Origin: Gaiellaceae bacterium
GTDB taxonomy: Bacteria; Actinomycetota; Thermoleophilia; Gaiellales; Gaiellaceae
NCBI GenBank assembly: GCA_051955535.1
Contig: JBQCGP010000085.1
Location: forward strand, 19,361 to 83,360
Length of the DNA stretch: 64,000 bases
Reading direction: 5' to 3'
Shown: positions 34,895-43,033 of the stretch, piece after piece
Layout of the letters: each line of letters starts with the position of its first letter
Numbering within the stretch: position 1 is the first letter of the stretch
Notes under the pieces: generated by a model
What the model was told of the DNA's origin: nothing
The model's database searches: none
What the model saw: the letters and a program-made list of their open reading frames with translations, nothing else
Made by a program: the position numbers and the translations under genes

Positions 34895-36255
34895 AGCGCC
34901 TGCCGCTCCTGGGCCGGCGCGCCGTTTCCTAGCGGTGCCCCTGCGTGGAACATGCTGAGCGGGAGCGAGATGCCGCGCTTTTCGAACTTGTGTAGCGAGG
35001 CCGGGCGAAGTCCCGTCGGAGCGAGCTGACCGACGATCTTCCCGTCGCTTGCGACTTCGGAGAACTTGAACGTGAACAGATCCTGGAGCGTGACGACGTC
35101 GGCCTCCATCCTCTGCACCTCGGTGATCGCCGTCACCCGGCGTGAGCCGTCCTCGAGTCGCTCGAGGTGGACGACCAGGTCGAGGGCCGAGGAGACCTGC
35201 TGCCGGATCGCCCGCACCGGCAGGTCGTAGCCTGCCATAAGCACCATCGTCTCGACACGGGAAAGGGCGTCGCGCGGCGTGTTCGCGTGGATCGTCGAGA
35301 GCGAGCCATCGTGGCCCGTATTCATCGCCTGCAGCATGTCGAGCGCCTCGGCGCCGCGGACCTCGCCGACGACGATCCGGTCAGGGCGCATGCGCAGCGA
35401 GTTGCGGACGAGCTCGCGGATCGGGATCTCGCCCTCGCCTTCGATGTTCTTGGGGCGAGATTCGAGCCGCAGCACGTGACGTTGGTTCAGTCGAAGCTCG
35501 GCCGCGTCCTCGATCGTGACGATCCGGTCCTCGTCCGGGATAGCGGCCGAGAGAGCGTTTAGGAGAGTCGTCTTCCCGCTGCCGGTACCGCCCGAGATGA
35601 GGATGTTGAGCTCAGCCAGAACGCAGCGCTGGAGGTACTCGACGGACTCGGAATTGAGCGTGCCGATCTTGATCATCTCGTCGAGCATCAACCGCTTCTT
35701 GCTGAACTTTCGGATCGTGATCAGCGGCCCGCTGAGGCTGAGCGGCGGGATGATGATGTTGACGCGGCTACCGTCTGGGAGACGCGCGTCGACCATCGGG
35801 GACGATTCGTCTACGCGACGTCCGACTTCGGCGACGATCTTGTTGATGATCCGGCGCATGTGCGATTCGTCGTCGAAGCGGACGTTGGTGTCGAAGAGCC
35901 TGCCGTGGCGCTCGATCCAGATGTCGTAGGGGCCGTTGACCATCACCTCGGAGATGCTGTCGTCGGCAAGCAGCCGCTCGAGCGGACCGTGGCCGAGCGC
36001 GTCGTCCGCGATCGCCGACGCGAGCCGCTCCCTGTCGTCGCGCGAGATTCCCTGCTCCTCCGAGAGATGGCGGCGGATGTCCGCCAGCACGCGGTCGCGC
36101 ATCGCGATCGGGTCCATATTGACGTTGAACAACTGCGGCCCGAGATCCCCGATCACCGCCATATGGACGCGGTTCTTGAGCTCTGCAAACGGATCGTCGC
36201 GCCCTTGTGGTGGCGCTGCCGGTCGTGAGGTCGTCAATCTCTCGTGAAGTTCCAT
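34891..36255 (-). CDS. CpaF/TadA secretion ATPase
   Basis: Walker [17 protein letters not shown], Asp box, Walker B, His box ([12 protein letters not shown]). Confidence 0.95.
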   Translation of the reverse strand: MELHERLTTSRPAAPPQGRDDPFAELKNRVHMAVIGDLGPQLFNVNMDPIAMRDRVLADIRRHLSEEQGISRDDRERLASAIADDALGHGPLERLLADDSISEVMVNGPYDIWIERHGRLFDTNVRFDDESHMRRIINKIVAEVGRRVDESSPMVDARLPDGSRVNIIIPPLSLSGPLITIRKFSKKRLMLDEMIKIGTLNSESVEYLQRCVLAELNILISGGTGSGKTTLLNALSAAIPDEDRIVTIEDAAELRLNQRHVLRLESRPKNIEGEGEIPIRELVRNSLRMRPDRIVVGEVRGAEALDMLQAMNTGHDGSLSTIHANTPRDALSRVETMVLMAGYDLPVRAIRQQVSSALDLVVHLERLEDGSRRVTAITEVQRMEADVVTLQDLFTFKFSEVASDGKIVGQLAPTGLRPASLHKFEKRGISLPLSMFHAGAPLGNGAPAQERQAL

Positions 36256-37556
36256 CAGCGTCTCCTCGCGCTCAGTCGCAATCGTCTACGTGGCGCGTCC
36301 TCGGAGGCGCCGTCGAGTTGGGTCGAATTGCCGTCGATAGCCGGCACCGAGTCGGTCTCTCGAGCCTTCTCCTTCTTCCGCCGACCCGTTCGCGGTTCGG
36401 GCTCGGCCGAGCTGATCGTCTCGTGTCCCTCACGTCGGAGGAATTCCTCGGCGAGCACTTGAAAAGCCTTGCCCGCCGGTGAATTCGGCTTCGTCAGTGC
36501 GATCGGCCGTCCCTCGTTGACCGAGCGCGGGATCTCGACGTCGCTCGGGATCCGCACGTCGGGGCGCTTGCCCACAACTGCGAGCACGTCGTCGTCGTCG
36601 ATCCCGACGCGGCTGTCCGCTCGGTTGAGGACGAGCACGATGCGGTCCGGGTCGTAGCCCATCAGGTCGAGCGTCTCGAGGCCGAGTCGCGTGTTCTTCA
36701 GCGAGAGGGTGTCGAGCGTCCCGACCATGCAGATGTAGCTCGAATTGTCGATTGCCGAGATCACCTCGGGGGTGAATCCGGGCGAGCTGTCGAGCACGAC
36801 GAAATCGCTCGTGCCCCGGAGCAGGGGATACACCTCGCGAAGGAACTCGGGCCCGACCGCGCTGGCCTGATCGGGGCGGGTCGGCGCGACGAGGACGCGC
36901 GCGCCGCTCTCGTGAGGCATGACGAAGGCCTCGAGTTTCCCGGCGTCCAGCGAGCCACCCGACTGGACGAGGTCGTACATCGTCTTTTCGGGACGAACGC
37001 CCATCGCGAGCGCCAGGTCGCCGAATTGAAGGTCGAGGTCGACGGCCGACACTGACTGGTTGGCGCGCGCGAGTGCGACCGCGAGGTTGGACGACGTGAC
37101 GGTTTTCCCCGTTCCCCCTTTCGGACCGAGGACGCAGATCATCGGGGCGTTGCCGTTCTCGCGGAGCGTGCCCACGGCGCGCTTGCGGACGAGCACCTTC
37201 TGGATCATGAAGTTGACCTGCTCCGGAGACTCAGGAAGGCGAACGGCGTCGTCGGCGCCAACCTCGAACACTCGGCGAAGGAACCCGTCCGGGGCATCGT
37301 GCGCAAGCACGACGACCGGCATGCTGGGCCGTTCCTTGACCACGCTCGCGATCAGGAAGAGGGCCCGCTCCGAATACCCGGAGCAGGCGACCACGAGGAG
37401 GTCAGCCGGCGTCTCGTGGAGCGTCGTCCAGCTTTCGTCGACGCCGCGGACGATGCCGACGACCTGGATCTCGGTGCTCGCCGGCATGGCCGCGCGAACG
37501 GCCGCCTCGTCGATGCCCGCGTCAAGCGAGACGAGCGTTCTCGTCGGATGCTGCAC
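36255..37556 (-). CDS. TadZ/CpaE-like (degenerate REC + ParA/MinD ATPase)
   Basis: ICVLGPKGGTGKTVTSSNLAVALA. GTG at 37556 overlaps the cpaB stop by 1 nt (TAGTG). The 110 aa of the longer ORF upstream of that are antisense noise. Confidence 0.85.
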   Translation of the reverse strand: MQHPTRTLVSLDAGIDEAAVRAAMPASTEIQVVGIVRGVDESWTTLHETPADLLVVACSGYSERALFLIASVVKERPSMPVVVLAHDAPDGFLRRVFEVGADDAVRLPESPEQVNFMIQKVLVRKRAVGTLRENGNAPMICVLGPKGGTGKTVTSSNLAVALARANQSVSAVDLDLQFGDLALAMGVRPEKTMYDLVQSGGSLDAGKLEAFVMPHESGARVLVAPTRPDQASAVGPEFLREVYPLLRGTSDFVVLDSSPGFTPEVISAIDNSSYICMVGTLDTLSLKNTRLGLETLDLMGYDPDRIVLVLNRADSRVGIDDDDVLAVVGKRPDVRIPSDVEIPRSVNEGRPIALTKPNSPAGKAFQVLAEEFLRREGHETISSAEPEPRTGRRKKEKARETDSVPAIDGNSTQLDGASEDAPRRRLRLSARRR

Positions 37557-38272
37557 TAGCGCCCTCCGAACAGATTCGCAGTCGGCGCCAGCGTCGCCGG
37601 GGTGGGCAGCGCGTTGGTCGCCGGCCGCAGGACGAGCCAGTACGTCCCGTTCTCCCCGATGTACGCAAACTTGGCCGCCCTCGAGCTCGGGATCCGGAGG
37701 ATGTAATTCCCGGAAGCAGGCGCTGAGCCGGTTGCCGCCGTTGGGGATGCCAGCACGAGGACATCTGACATCACCAAACCCGTGAGGCTTCTGACCTGCG
37801 CATAGACATCGACATGGTCGCCGGCCTGGACGTCGGGTGCGAGGCCGTGGGCGGCGTCGAGGGTGGGCAACGAGATGGCGCGCCACCTGCCGCTGAGCTG
37901 GCTGGCGAGCGCGCCGATCGACTTGGTCGTAAAATTGCTAGTGGTCAGCTGCTGGTTCGGATAGACATCTGTCGCGGTGACCGTCCCCTGCAGCACCGCA
38001 GGATCGCTGATCGCGCCGACCTTCAACTGGCCTTTCGGGATCGTAGTGACGACAAAGAGGTTCTGGGCGGCGATCGTAGAGCCCGACGTGCCCTTCGGAA
38101 TGAGCCGCTTGGCCACGAGCACCGTCACAGGCTCGGTCGAGCCCTTGACGCTGTTTCGGTAGTGGCTCAGGTAGACGAGCAGGAGGATTGCCGCCAGGGC
38201 CGCCGCTGCGACCCCAACCACGATCGTCCCCTGCCGGGTCTTCAACAGACGGCTTGGCGCGAGATTTTCCAC
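37556..38272 (-). CDS. CpaB/RcpC-like Flp pilus assembly protein (SAF domain)
   Basis: N-terminal TM helix, VLVAKRLIPKGT...L, 238 aa. Confidence 0.85.
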   Translation of the reverse strand: MENLAPSRLLKTRQGTIVVGVAAAALAAILLLVYLSHYRNSVKGSTEPVTVLVAKRLIPKGTSGSTIAAQNLFVVTTIPKGQLKVGAISDPAVLQGTVTATDVYPNQQLTTSNFTTKSIGALASQLSGRWRAISLPTLDAAHGLAPDVQAGDHVDVYAQVRSLTGLVMSDVLVLASPTAATGSAPASGNYILRIPSSRAAKFAYIGENGTYWLVLRPATNALPTPATLAPTANLFGGR

Positions 38273-38301
38273 CTTTTAGTCCTCCTATTCGGTCTGCTTG
38301 T

Positions 38302-38847
38302 TCAACACGCAACGGCGCCGGCCGGCGAGTCTGGGCTCGAGCCGTTGAGGTAGGCGTTCTTTGACGGATCTGTTGTGTTGTACGGCTGTTCAAGACGCAT
38401 CGTGGCCGTGCTTGTGAGGCCGGACGTCAGGGGTAAGCCGTTCCCGACCAGGTAGCCGAGCCAGTGGTACGTCGTCGTCACGGTGGCCCGCAACGGGTCG
38501 CCGGCGTTCGTCGCGTTGACTCCGTTCACGAAGCAGAACGAAACGTTGATGCCCGGCGTGTCGATCGAGCAGCCGCTGCACCCGTTCTTCAACTCACCGC
38601 TGTCGGCATCGTTCTTCACCGCTGCCTCCAGCGACGAGCCTCCCAGCGGATTCTTGTTGACCACCGCGTAGCGGGCGGCCTCGTTGGCGAGGTGGGTCTC
38701 GTCGTTCCAGTAGTTGAACGCCTTCCCGAAGTCGATCATCGCGAACAACAGGAGTAGGACCAGCGGCAGGACCAGGACGAACTCGACCAGCGCGGCACCC
38801 CGCTCATCGGCAGACCTGCCGCGGCGCGCCCGCATCCCCGTTTGCAT
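38302..38847 (-). CDS. TadE-like pseudopilin
   Basis: ERGAALVEFVLVLPLVLLLLFAMIDFGKAFNYW. The start could be 38847 or 38835. Confidence 0.8.
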   Translation of the reverse strand: MQTGMRARRGRSADERGAALVEFVLVLPLVLLLLFAMIDFGKAFNYWNDETHLANEAARYAVVNKNPLGGSSLEAAVKNDADSGELKNGCSGCSIDTPGINVSFCFVNGVNATNAGDPLRATVTTTYHWLGYLVGNGLPLTSGLTSTATMRLEQPYNTTDPSKNAYLNGSSPDSPAGAVAC

Positions 38848-38869
38848 GCGCCGGCACATCCCCTGCCTA

Positions 38870-39015
38870 CTACACCGAGTTGGCGACCAAGTCAATGATG
38901 GCCGAGATGCTTTTGCCCGACGCTAAGAGCCGTGACGTGTTCACCGGCTGATTGTCCGCACGGAGGGGCCCTTTTCACACCCGCGAAAGGCTTGGCCCAC
39001 CTACCCCTTCGGCGG
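38870..39015 (-). pseudogene. decayed fourth flp unit (leader motif + 3' end of a pilin gene, N-terminal ~40 codons missing)
   Basis: 38976-39015 matches the flp leader motif. 38870-38925 encodes ...LLASGKSISAIIDLVANSV-stop, collinear with the Flp C-termini (..LTLTGTSVSNLFDFIGNQI-stop). No signal/EY/TM part is found in any frame. Confidence 0.5.
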
Positions 39016-39023
39016 GCGGTGAA

Positions 39024-40268
39024 CTAGCGGCCGAAGACGCCTAGCGACAGGACGGGTTGTGTGACACGCCTCTGCGGCGCGGGGAGCGGTCGCGGCGTCC
39101 GGAGCGCTGCCCCGAGCACGACCGACCACACCGCTAAGCCGATCACGACCTGCCAGGCATGGCCGTTGCTCTGGCCGGTCGTCGCCCACATCGCGAGCGG
39201 GACAAACCAGAGCGGCGTCAGCGTTCGCCTACTGATTGCGATCGGCACGACCAGAAGCGCGAGGTAGTGCGTCCAAACGATCGGCGAGAACAAGAACGCC
39301 GCAGCGATCGCAAGCACGAACGTCTGGCGGTCCGATGCCACGTCATCTCCGCGTCGGTAGCCGATGATGAGCATCGTGGCGATCACCGCCGCGCCGGCAA
39401 TGATTGCGAGAGCCCGAGCCTCACCGGTCGACAGGCCCAGCACGAGCCCCAGCGCGACTGCCGAGTAGCTCTTCCAGGACTCGAGTCGGGACAACTCGTC
39501 GAGGAGGCGTGGGTAGGAGGTCAGCCCCCCGAAACCAACAAGCGCCCACGAGAGCCCGACGGCGCCAAGTGCGAGACCAAGCGCGCATAATGCCGTTCGC
39601 CAGCGCCGGGTCGCTGCAAGCCAGAAGAGCAGGGGCCATAGGAACACCTTGGCGGCGATCAGCGCCGCGGAGACGAAGACTGAGATGCGCCTGCTGTCCC
39701 GGTAACGCCAGCCAACGGCGAGGCCCAGCGCAAGCAGGCTTGTGATCGACCCGAGCAAGAAGTTCTGGAGGACCGGGTACCAGAGGAAGGTGACTCCGTA
39801 GCAACGCCAATCGCGAACGGCGAGCAGCCTTAGCGTCAGGACCGTCGCGGCGACTTCGATCGCCGCGAACAGAGCTGCAGCCACGCCAAACGGGAACACA
39901 GCGAGCGGAGCAGCCAACACCGCGGCGACGGGCGGATAGACGAACTGCTGCTCGTTGTGCAGCGCAGCCGCGTGAACCGCCGGGTACGGCGACGCGCCGT
40001 GGAAGAGGTCGTGCGAAGCCTCCCAGAGCGGTCTGTAGTCGAAGCCCAGGTGGCGCCCGACCAGATAGCGAGCGGCGACGAGGACGATGAGAAGCGCGGG
40101 TGGCAGGAAGCCGAGAAGGAGCTTCTCGGCCGCCCGCGTCAGGCTAAAACGCGTCGGCGCCGACAACAACAGCGGTGGCAACCACCTCGGGCGATCGACC
40201 GATGTCGAGGTCGCCCGACGGGGCCGCTCGATCGCCGCGATGCTGTCGGCGCCGACTCGATTGGGCAC
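39024..40268 (-). CDS. GT87/DUF2029-like polytopic membrane glycosyltransferase
   Basis: About 10 TM helices. LFHGASPYP......FVYPPVAAVL.APLA is typical of the PimE-type GT-C family. The start is uncertain (GTG 40268; the longer ORF would overlap flp1). Confidence 0.7.
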   Translation of the reverse strand: MPNRVGADSIAAIERPRRATSTSVDRPRWLPPLLLSAPTRFSLTRAAEKLLLGFLPPALLIVLVAARYLVGRHLGFDYRPLWEASHDLFHGASPYPAVHAAALHNEQQFVYPPVAAVLAAPLAVFPFGVAAALFAAIEVAATVLTLRLLAVRDWRCYGVTFLWYPVLQNFLLGSITSLLALGLAVGWRYRDSRRISVFVSAALIAAKVFLWPLLFWLAATRRWRTALCALGLALGAVGLSWALVGFGGLTSYPRLLDELSRLESWKSYSAVALGLVLGLSTGEARALAIIAGAAVIATMLIIGYRRGDDVASDRQTFVLAIAAAFLFSPIVWTHYLALLVVPIAISRRTLTPLWFVPLAMWATTGQSNGHAWQVVIGLAVWSVVLGAALRTPRPLPAPQRRVTQPVLSLGVFGR

Positions 40269-40275
40269 GTTCCCG

Positions 40276-40452
40276 TTAGACCTGCGAGCTGATGAAGTTG
40301 AGCATGTTCTTGACACTCGTGCCCGTCAACGTCAGCGCTGCGATGGCGATGACCGAGATCAGCGAGACGATCAGGGCATACTCGATCAGCGCCTGACCCT
40401 CCTCGGCCCTCATCTTCGCCAGCTGGAGCCGCACAGCGAGAGACTGAATCAT
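40276..40452 (-). CDS. flp: Flp/Fap family type IVb pilin (58 aa), copy 1, absent from the ORF track
   Basis: GAAAGGAG RBS. MIQSLAVRLQLAKMRAEEGQALIEYALIVSLISVIAIAALTLTGTSVKNMLNFISSQV has the G/xxxxEY prepilin-peptidase motif and a hydrophobic helix. Confidence 0.85.
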   Translation of the reverse strand: MIQSLAVRLQLAKMRAEEGQALIEYALIVSLISVIAIAALTLTGTSVKNMLNFISSQV

Positions 40453-40505
40453 GTGGCTCTCCTTTCTCCCCTCGAGGGTGTACGTTCGGTGCTACTGCTC
40501 CTTGT

Positions 40506-40568
40506 TTACGCGGGTTCGGGCATTCCCAGACACCCGCGAATGGGTGGTGTCGCCCATCCCTTCGGCGC
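40506..40568 (-). promoter_or_regulatory. conserved flp leader/upstream element, copy 1
   Basis: On the minus strand it reads GCGCCGAAGGGATGGGCGACACCACCCATTCGCGGGTGTCTGGGAATGCCCGAACCCGCGTAA. It contains the dyad CGAAGG...CCATTCG and the hairpin CGCGGGT...ACCCGCG. Confidence 0.45.
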
Positions 40569-40626
40569 AGCTTCCCCACCGCTGCGGCTTCTCCACCGCT
40601 GCGGCGCGGACGCCGACCGCGTGCAC

Positions 40627-40830
40627 CCGGACTACCAGACGTACCTTGGCCCGATGGTGTGGACAGCAAAGCCGCACGATAGAAAACGGGAGCGACCCGA
40701 GCACTAGCGTGCCTCGGACGAGCTCCGAGCTTTGGAGCGTCAGGATGACGGCGAGCAAGGCGTGGTCGGCCGCGATCGTGCGTCGGAAACGAGACCACGA
40801 AGATCGTCGTGTTCGCAAGCACGACAGCGG
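40627..40830 (-). pseudogene. degenerate copy of the 3' end of the 41657-42946 membrane-protein gene
   Basis: Nucleotide collinearity with about 41657-41900 (CCGGACTACCAGACGTAC..., GTGCCTCGGACGAGCTC, GCAAGCACGA). The residual peptide ELVRGTLVLGSLPFSIV corresponds to AELVRGTLVLWSLPLCIV. Confidence 0.6.
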
Positions 40831-40849
40831 CCGACTCGATTGGGCACGT

Positions 40850-41026
40850 TTAAACCTGCGAGCTGACGAAGTCCAGCATGTTCCTGACGTTCGTGCCCGT
40901 CAGCGTCAGCGCTGCGATGGCGATGACCGAGATCAGCGAGACGATCAGGGCGTACTCGATCAGCGCCTGACCCTCCTCGGCCCGGATCTTCGCCAACTGG
41001 AGCCGCACAGCGAAAGACTGAAGCAT
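40850..41026 (-). CDS. flp: Flp/Fap family pilin (58 aa), copy 2, absent from the ORF track
   Basis: MLQSFAVRLQLAKIRAEEGQALIEYALIVSLISVIAIAALTLTGTNVRNMLDFVSSQV. Same RBS. Differs from copy 1 at 7 of 58 residues. Confidence 0.85.
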   Translation of the reverse strand: MLQSFAVRLQLAKIRAEEGQALIEYALIVSLISVIAIAALTLTGTNVRNMLDFVSSQV

Positions 41027-41073
41027 GTGGCTCTCCTTTCTCCCTCCAGGGTGGATCCTCGGTCGTACAGCTC

Positions 41074-41137
41074 TCGTTTACGCGGGTTCGGGTATTCCCG
41101 GACACCCGCGAATGGCTGGTGTCGCCCATCCCTTCGG
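41074..41137 (-). promoter_or_regulatory. conserved flp leader/upstream element, copy 2
   Basis: GCGCCGAAGGGATGGGCGACACCAGCCATTCGCGGGTGTCCGGGAATACCCGAACCCGCGTAAA (minus strand). Confidence 0.45.
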
Positions 41138-41170
41138 CGCAGCTTCTCCACGGTGCGGTGGCCTCGGGGT

Positions 41171-41296
41171 CACTACGATGCAAAGGGGCAGGGACAAGGA
41201 CGCCGATCGCGATGCGCGCTCGAGAGAGGCTTAGTCGACCGCGATCGGCGTCGAAAGGAATGACGAACACGGCCACGTTCGCAAACACGACCGCGG
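41171..41296 (-). pseudogene. second, internally deleted copy of the 3' end of the 41657-42946 gene
   Basis: CACTACGATGCAAAGGGG... and ...TAGTCGACCGCGATCGGCGTCGAAAGGAATGACGAACACGGCCACGTTCGCAAACACGAC align to 41695-41900. Confidence 0.5.
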
Positions 41297-41321
41297 CCAA
41301 CTCGATTCGGCACCGCTCCGT

Positions 41322-41498
41322 TTAGATCTGGTTGCCGATGAAGTCAAACAAGTTGCTGACGCTCGTGCCCGTCAAGGTCAGAGCCGCGATGGCGACGACC
41401 GAGATCAGCGAGACGATCAGGGCGTACTCGATCAGCGCCTGACCCTCCTCGGCCCGCATCTTCGCCAACTGGAGCCGCACCGCGAAAGCCTGAAGCAT
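41322..41498 (-). CDS. flp: Flp/Fap family pilin (58 aa), copy 3
   Basis: MLQAFAVRLQLAKMRAEEGQALIEYALIVSLISVVAIAALTLTGTSVSNLFDFIGNQI. This is the C-terminal part of track ORF 41322-41711; the real start is the ATG at 41498 behind GAAAGGAGGG. Confidence 0.85.
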   Translation of the reverse strand: MLQAFAVRLQLAKMRAEEGQALIEYALIVSLISVVAIAALTLTGTSVSNLFDFIGNQI

Positions 41499-41550
41499 GT
41501 GGCCCTCCTTTCTCCCTCCAAGATGAGTTTTTCGTTGGTACTGCTCTAGT

Positions 41551-41617
41551 TTGTACGCCGGTCCTGGGATTCCCGGACACCCGCGAAGGGCTGGTGTCAC
41601 CCCATCCCTTCGGCGCA
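41551..41617 (-). promoter_or_regulatory. conserved flp leader/upstream element, copy 3
   Basis: GCGCCGAAGGGATGGGGTGACACCAGCCCTTCGCGGGTGTCCGGGAATCCCAGGACCGGCGTACAA (minus strand), 40 nt after the stop of the upstream membrane-protein gene. Confidence 0.45.
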
Positions 41618-41656
41618 GTTTCTGACCGGTGTGGACGCTTACCGGCCTGAGCCGGA

Positions 41657-42946
41657 CTACCAGACGTACTTCGGCCCGACGGTGTGGAGCAGGAGGCCTA
41701 CAACGATGCAAAGCGGTAGCGACCAGAGCACGAGGGTGCCTCGGACGAGCTCAGCCCGCTTGCCGAAGGCGCTCGGGAGCAGCGGAAGCGTCAGCATGAC
41801 GGCGAGCAGGATCCCGATCGACGCGCGCCCGAGCGAGGAGTAGTCGACCGCGATCGGCGTCGGAAGGAAGATGACGAAGATCGCCACGTTTGCAAGCACG
41901 AACAGCGGTGGGAGCGTCACCTTCCGCCGGACGAGGACGATCGCGATGCCAGCCCAGAGAAGCGCCGGCAGGAACACGATGAGCAAATCGGTGACGTCGT
42001 CGCCGGTCCAGGGCCACTGCTTCGCGATCGCGTGGAATGGGACAAGGGCGGTCAGGAGTGACCCGGCCGTGCCACCCACGCCGGCCACGTGATGCTCGCC
42101 CCCCACGAATGCCTCCTGCGTCGCCGTGTGCGGGAGCACCGTTGCCACGACGTGTCTCCAGATAAGCAGCGGCGCGAACGCGAGCTCGGCGAACGCGATG
42201 GAGCGGGCGATGTTGCCCCAGCGAAGGCGAACGCGCCATTCGGACACGTTCCCGACTCCGACCAGGAGCGCGAGCGCAAGGATCGCAGGGAAGAGCGCGA
42301 CCGTCTCGCGCGTCAGCATCGCCAGTCCGAAGAGTGCGCCCGACCCGAGCAGGCGCCACTTCGACCGCGCGTCGAAGACCAATAACGCGCCGGCCGCGAG
42401 CGCGAACGCCAGGGGCTCGGTGAGATCTCGGAGGACAGCCATGATGAGGCCGGGGTAGAGGCCGTACACGAGCGCTAGCGCGGGTGGCAGCCCATGCCGT
42501 TTCAGGAAGAACGCGACCGCCAGCGTCCCGCCGACGGCAGCCAAGATATTGACCAGCATCATCATGTACGGGACGAGGACGGGATTTCCGCCGCTCAGTG
42601 CGCGGACCGTCATCGGATACCCGATCCGCGAGTAGATGACCCCTGAGTTGTCCATGTAGTCCTTGCCGTTGGCAGGGTCCACGGCGAGGAAGTAGTAGAA
42701 CTGGCCGTCGTAGCCGATCTTGTGGTTGATGGCGCGCGCGTGCTGATCAATCGCGGCGCTCGAGGTGCTCTTGTGGAGAAACTGGCGCCCGATGTTGACG
42801 AACTGGTATGGGTTGCTGAGCAGCCCCGGCGTGGTCAGCAGCGCGTAGAAAGCGGCGACGATCGCCGCAACTGCCCACGGCGAGGTGATTCGTGCAGCGC
42901 GTTCTCGCTTGAGAACCCGCGGGACCGCGACAGCGTGGGCCTCCAC
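41657..42946 (-). CDS. polytopic membrane protein, GT-C-like glycosyltransferase/glycopolymer-assembly candidate
   Basis: 429 aa with 10 or more TM helices. An extracytoplasmic loop has IGYDGQFYYFLAVDP. Family not identified with certainty. Confidence 0.65.
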   Translation of the reverse strand: MEAHAVAVPRVLKRERAARITSPWAVAAIVAAFYALLTTPGLLSNPYQFVNIGRQFLHKSTSSAAIDQHARAINHKIGYDGQFYYFLAVDPANGKDYMDNSGVIYSRIGYPMTVRALSGGNPVLVPYMMMLVNILAAVGGTLAVAFFLKRHGLPPALALVYGLYPGLIMAVLRDLTEPLAFALAAGALLVFDARSKWRLLGSGALFGLAMLTRETVALFPAILALALLVGVGNVSEWRVRLRWGNIARSIAFAELAFAPLLIWRHVVATVLPHTATQEAFVGGEHHVAGVGGTAGSLLTALVPFHAIAKQWPWTGDDVTDLLIVFLPALLWAGIAIVLVRRKVTLPPLFVLANVAIFVIFLPTPIAVDYSSLGRASIGILLAVMLTLPLLPSAFGKRAELVRGTLVLWSLPLCIVVGLLLHTVGPKYVW

Positions 42947-43033
42947 GTCACGGGTCCTAGCGCCGGAGGCGCTTAGTCCGCAACCGGGAGAAGTCGAGGG
43001 CTTGCTCGACGTTCGGACTGGTTCCCCGGCCCG

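Noticed and set aside
36255-37886. The 543-aa version of the TadZ ORF, and similarly extended ORFs 44656-46236 (arcC), 52152-53837, 3023-3835, 3853-4593, 4761-5714 and 47382-49118.
   Set aside because: The N-terminal extensions are Arg/Pro-rich, overlap the upstream gene on the same or opposite strand, and lack homology-like features. Internal ATG/GTG starts that abut or overlap the upstream stop give proteins of canonical length.
40139-41300. ORFs 40139-40822 (-), 40451-41263 (+), 40492-40818 (-) and 40740-41300 (-) as real genes between the pilins.
   Set aside because: They run across flp genes and duplication scars in wrong frames. Their only protein-like stretches are fossils of the 41657-42946 C-terminus.
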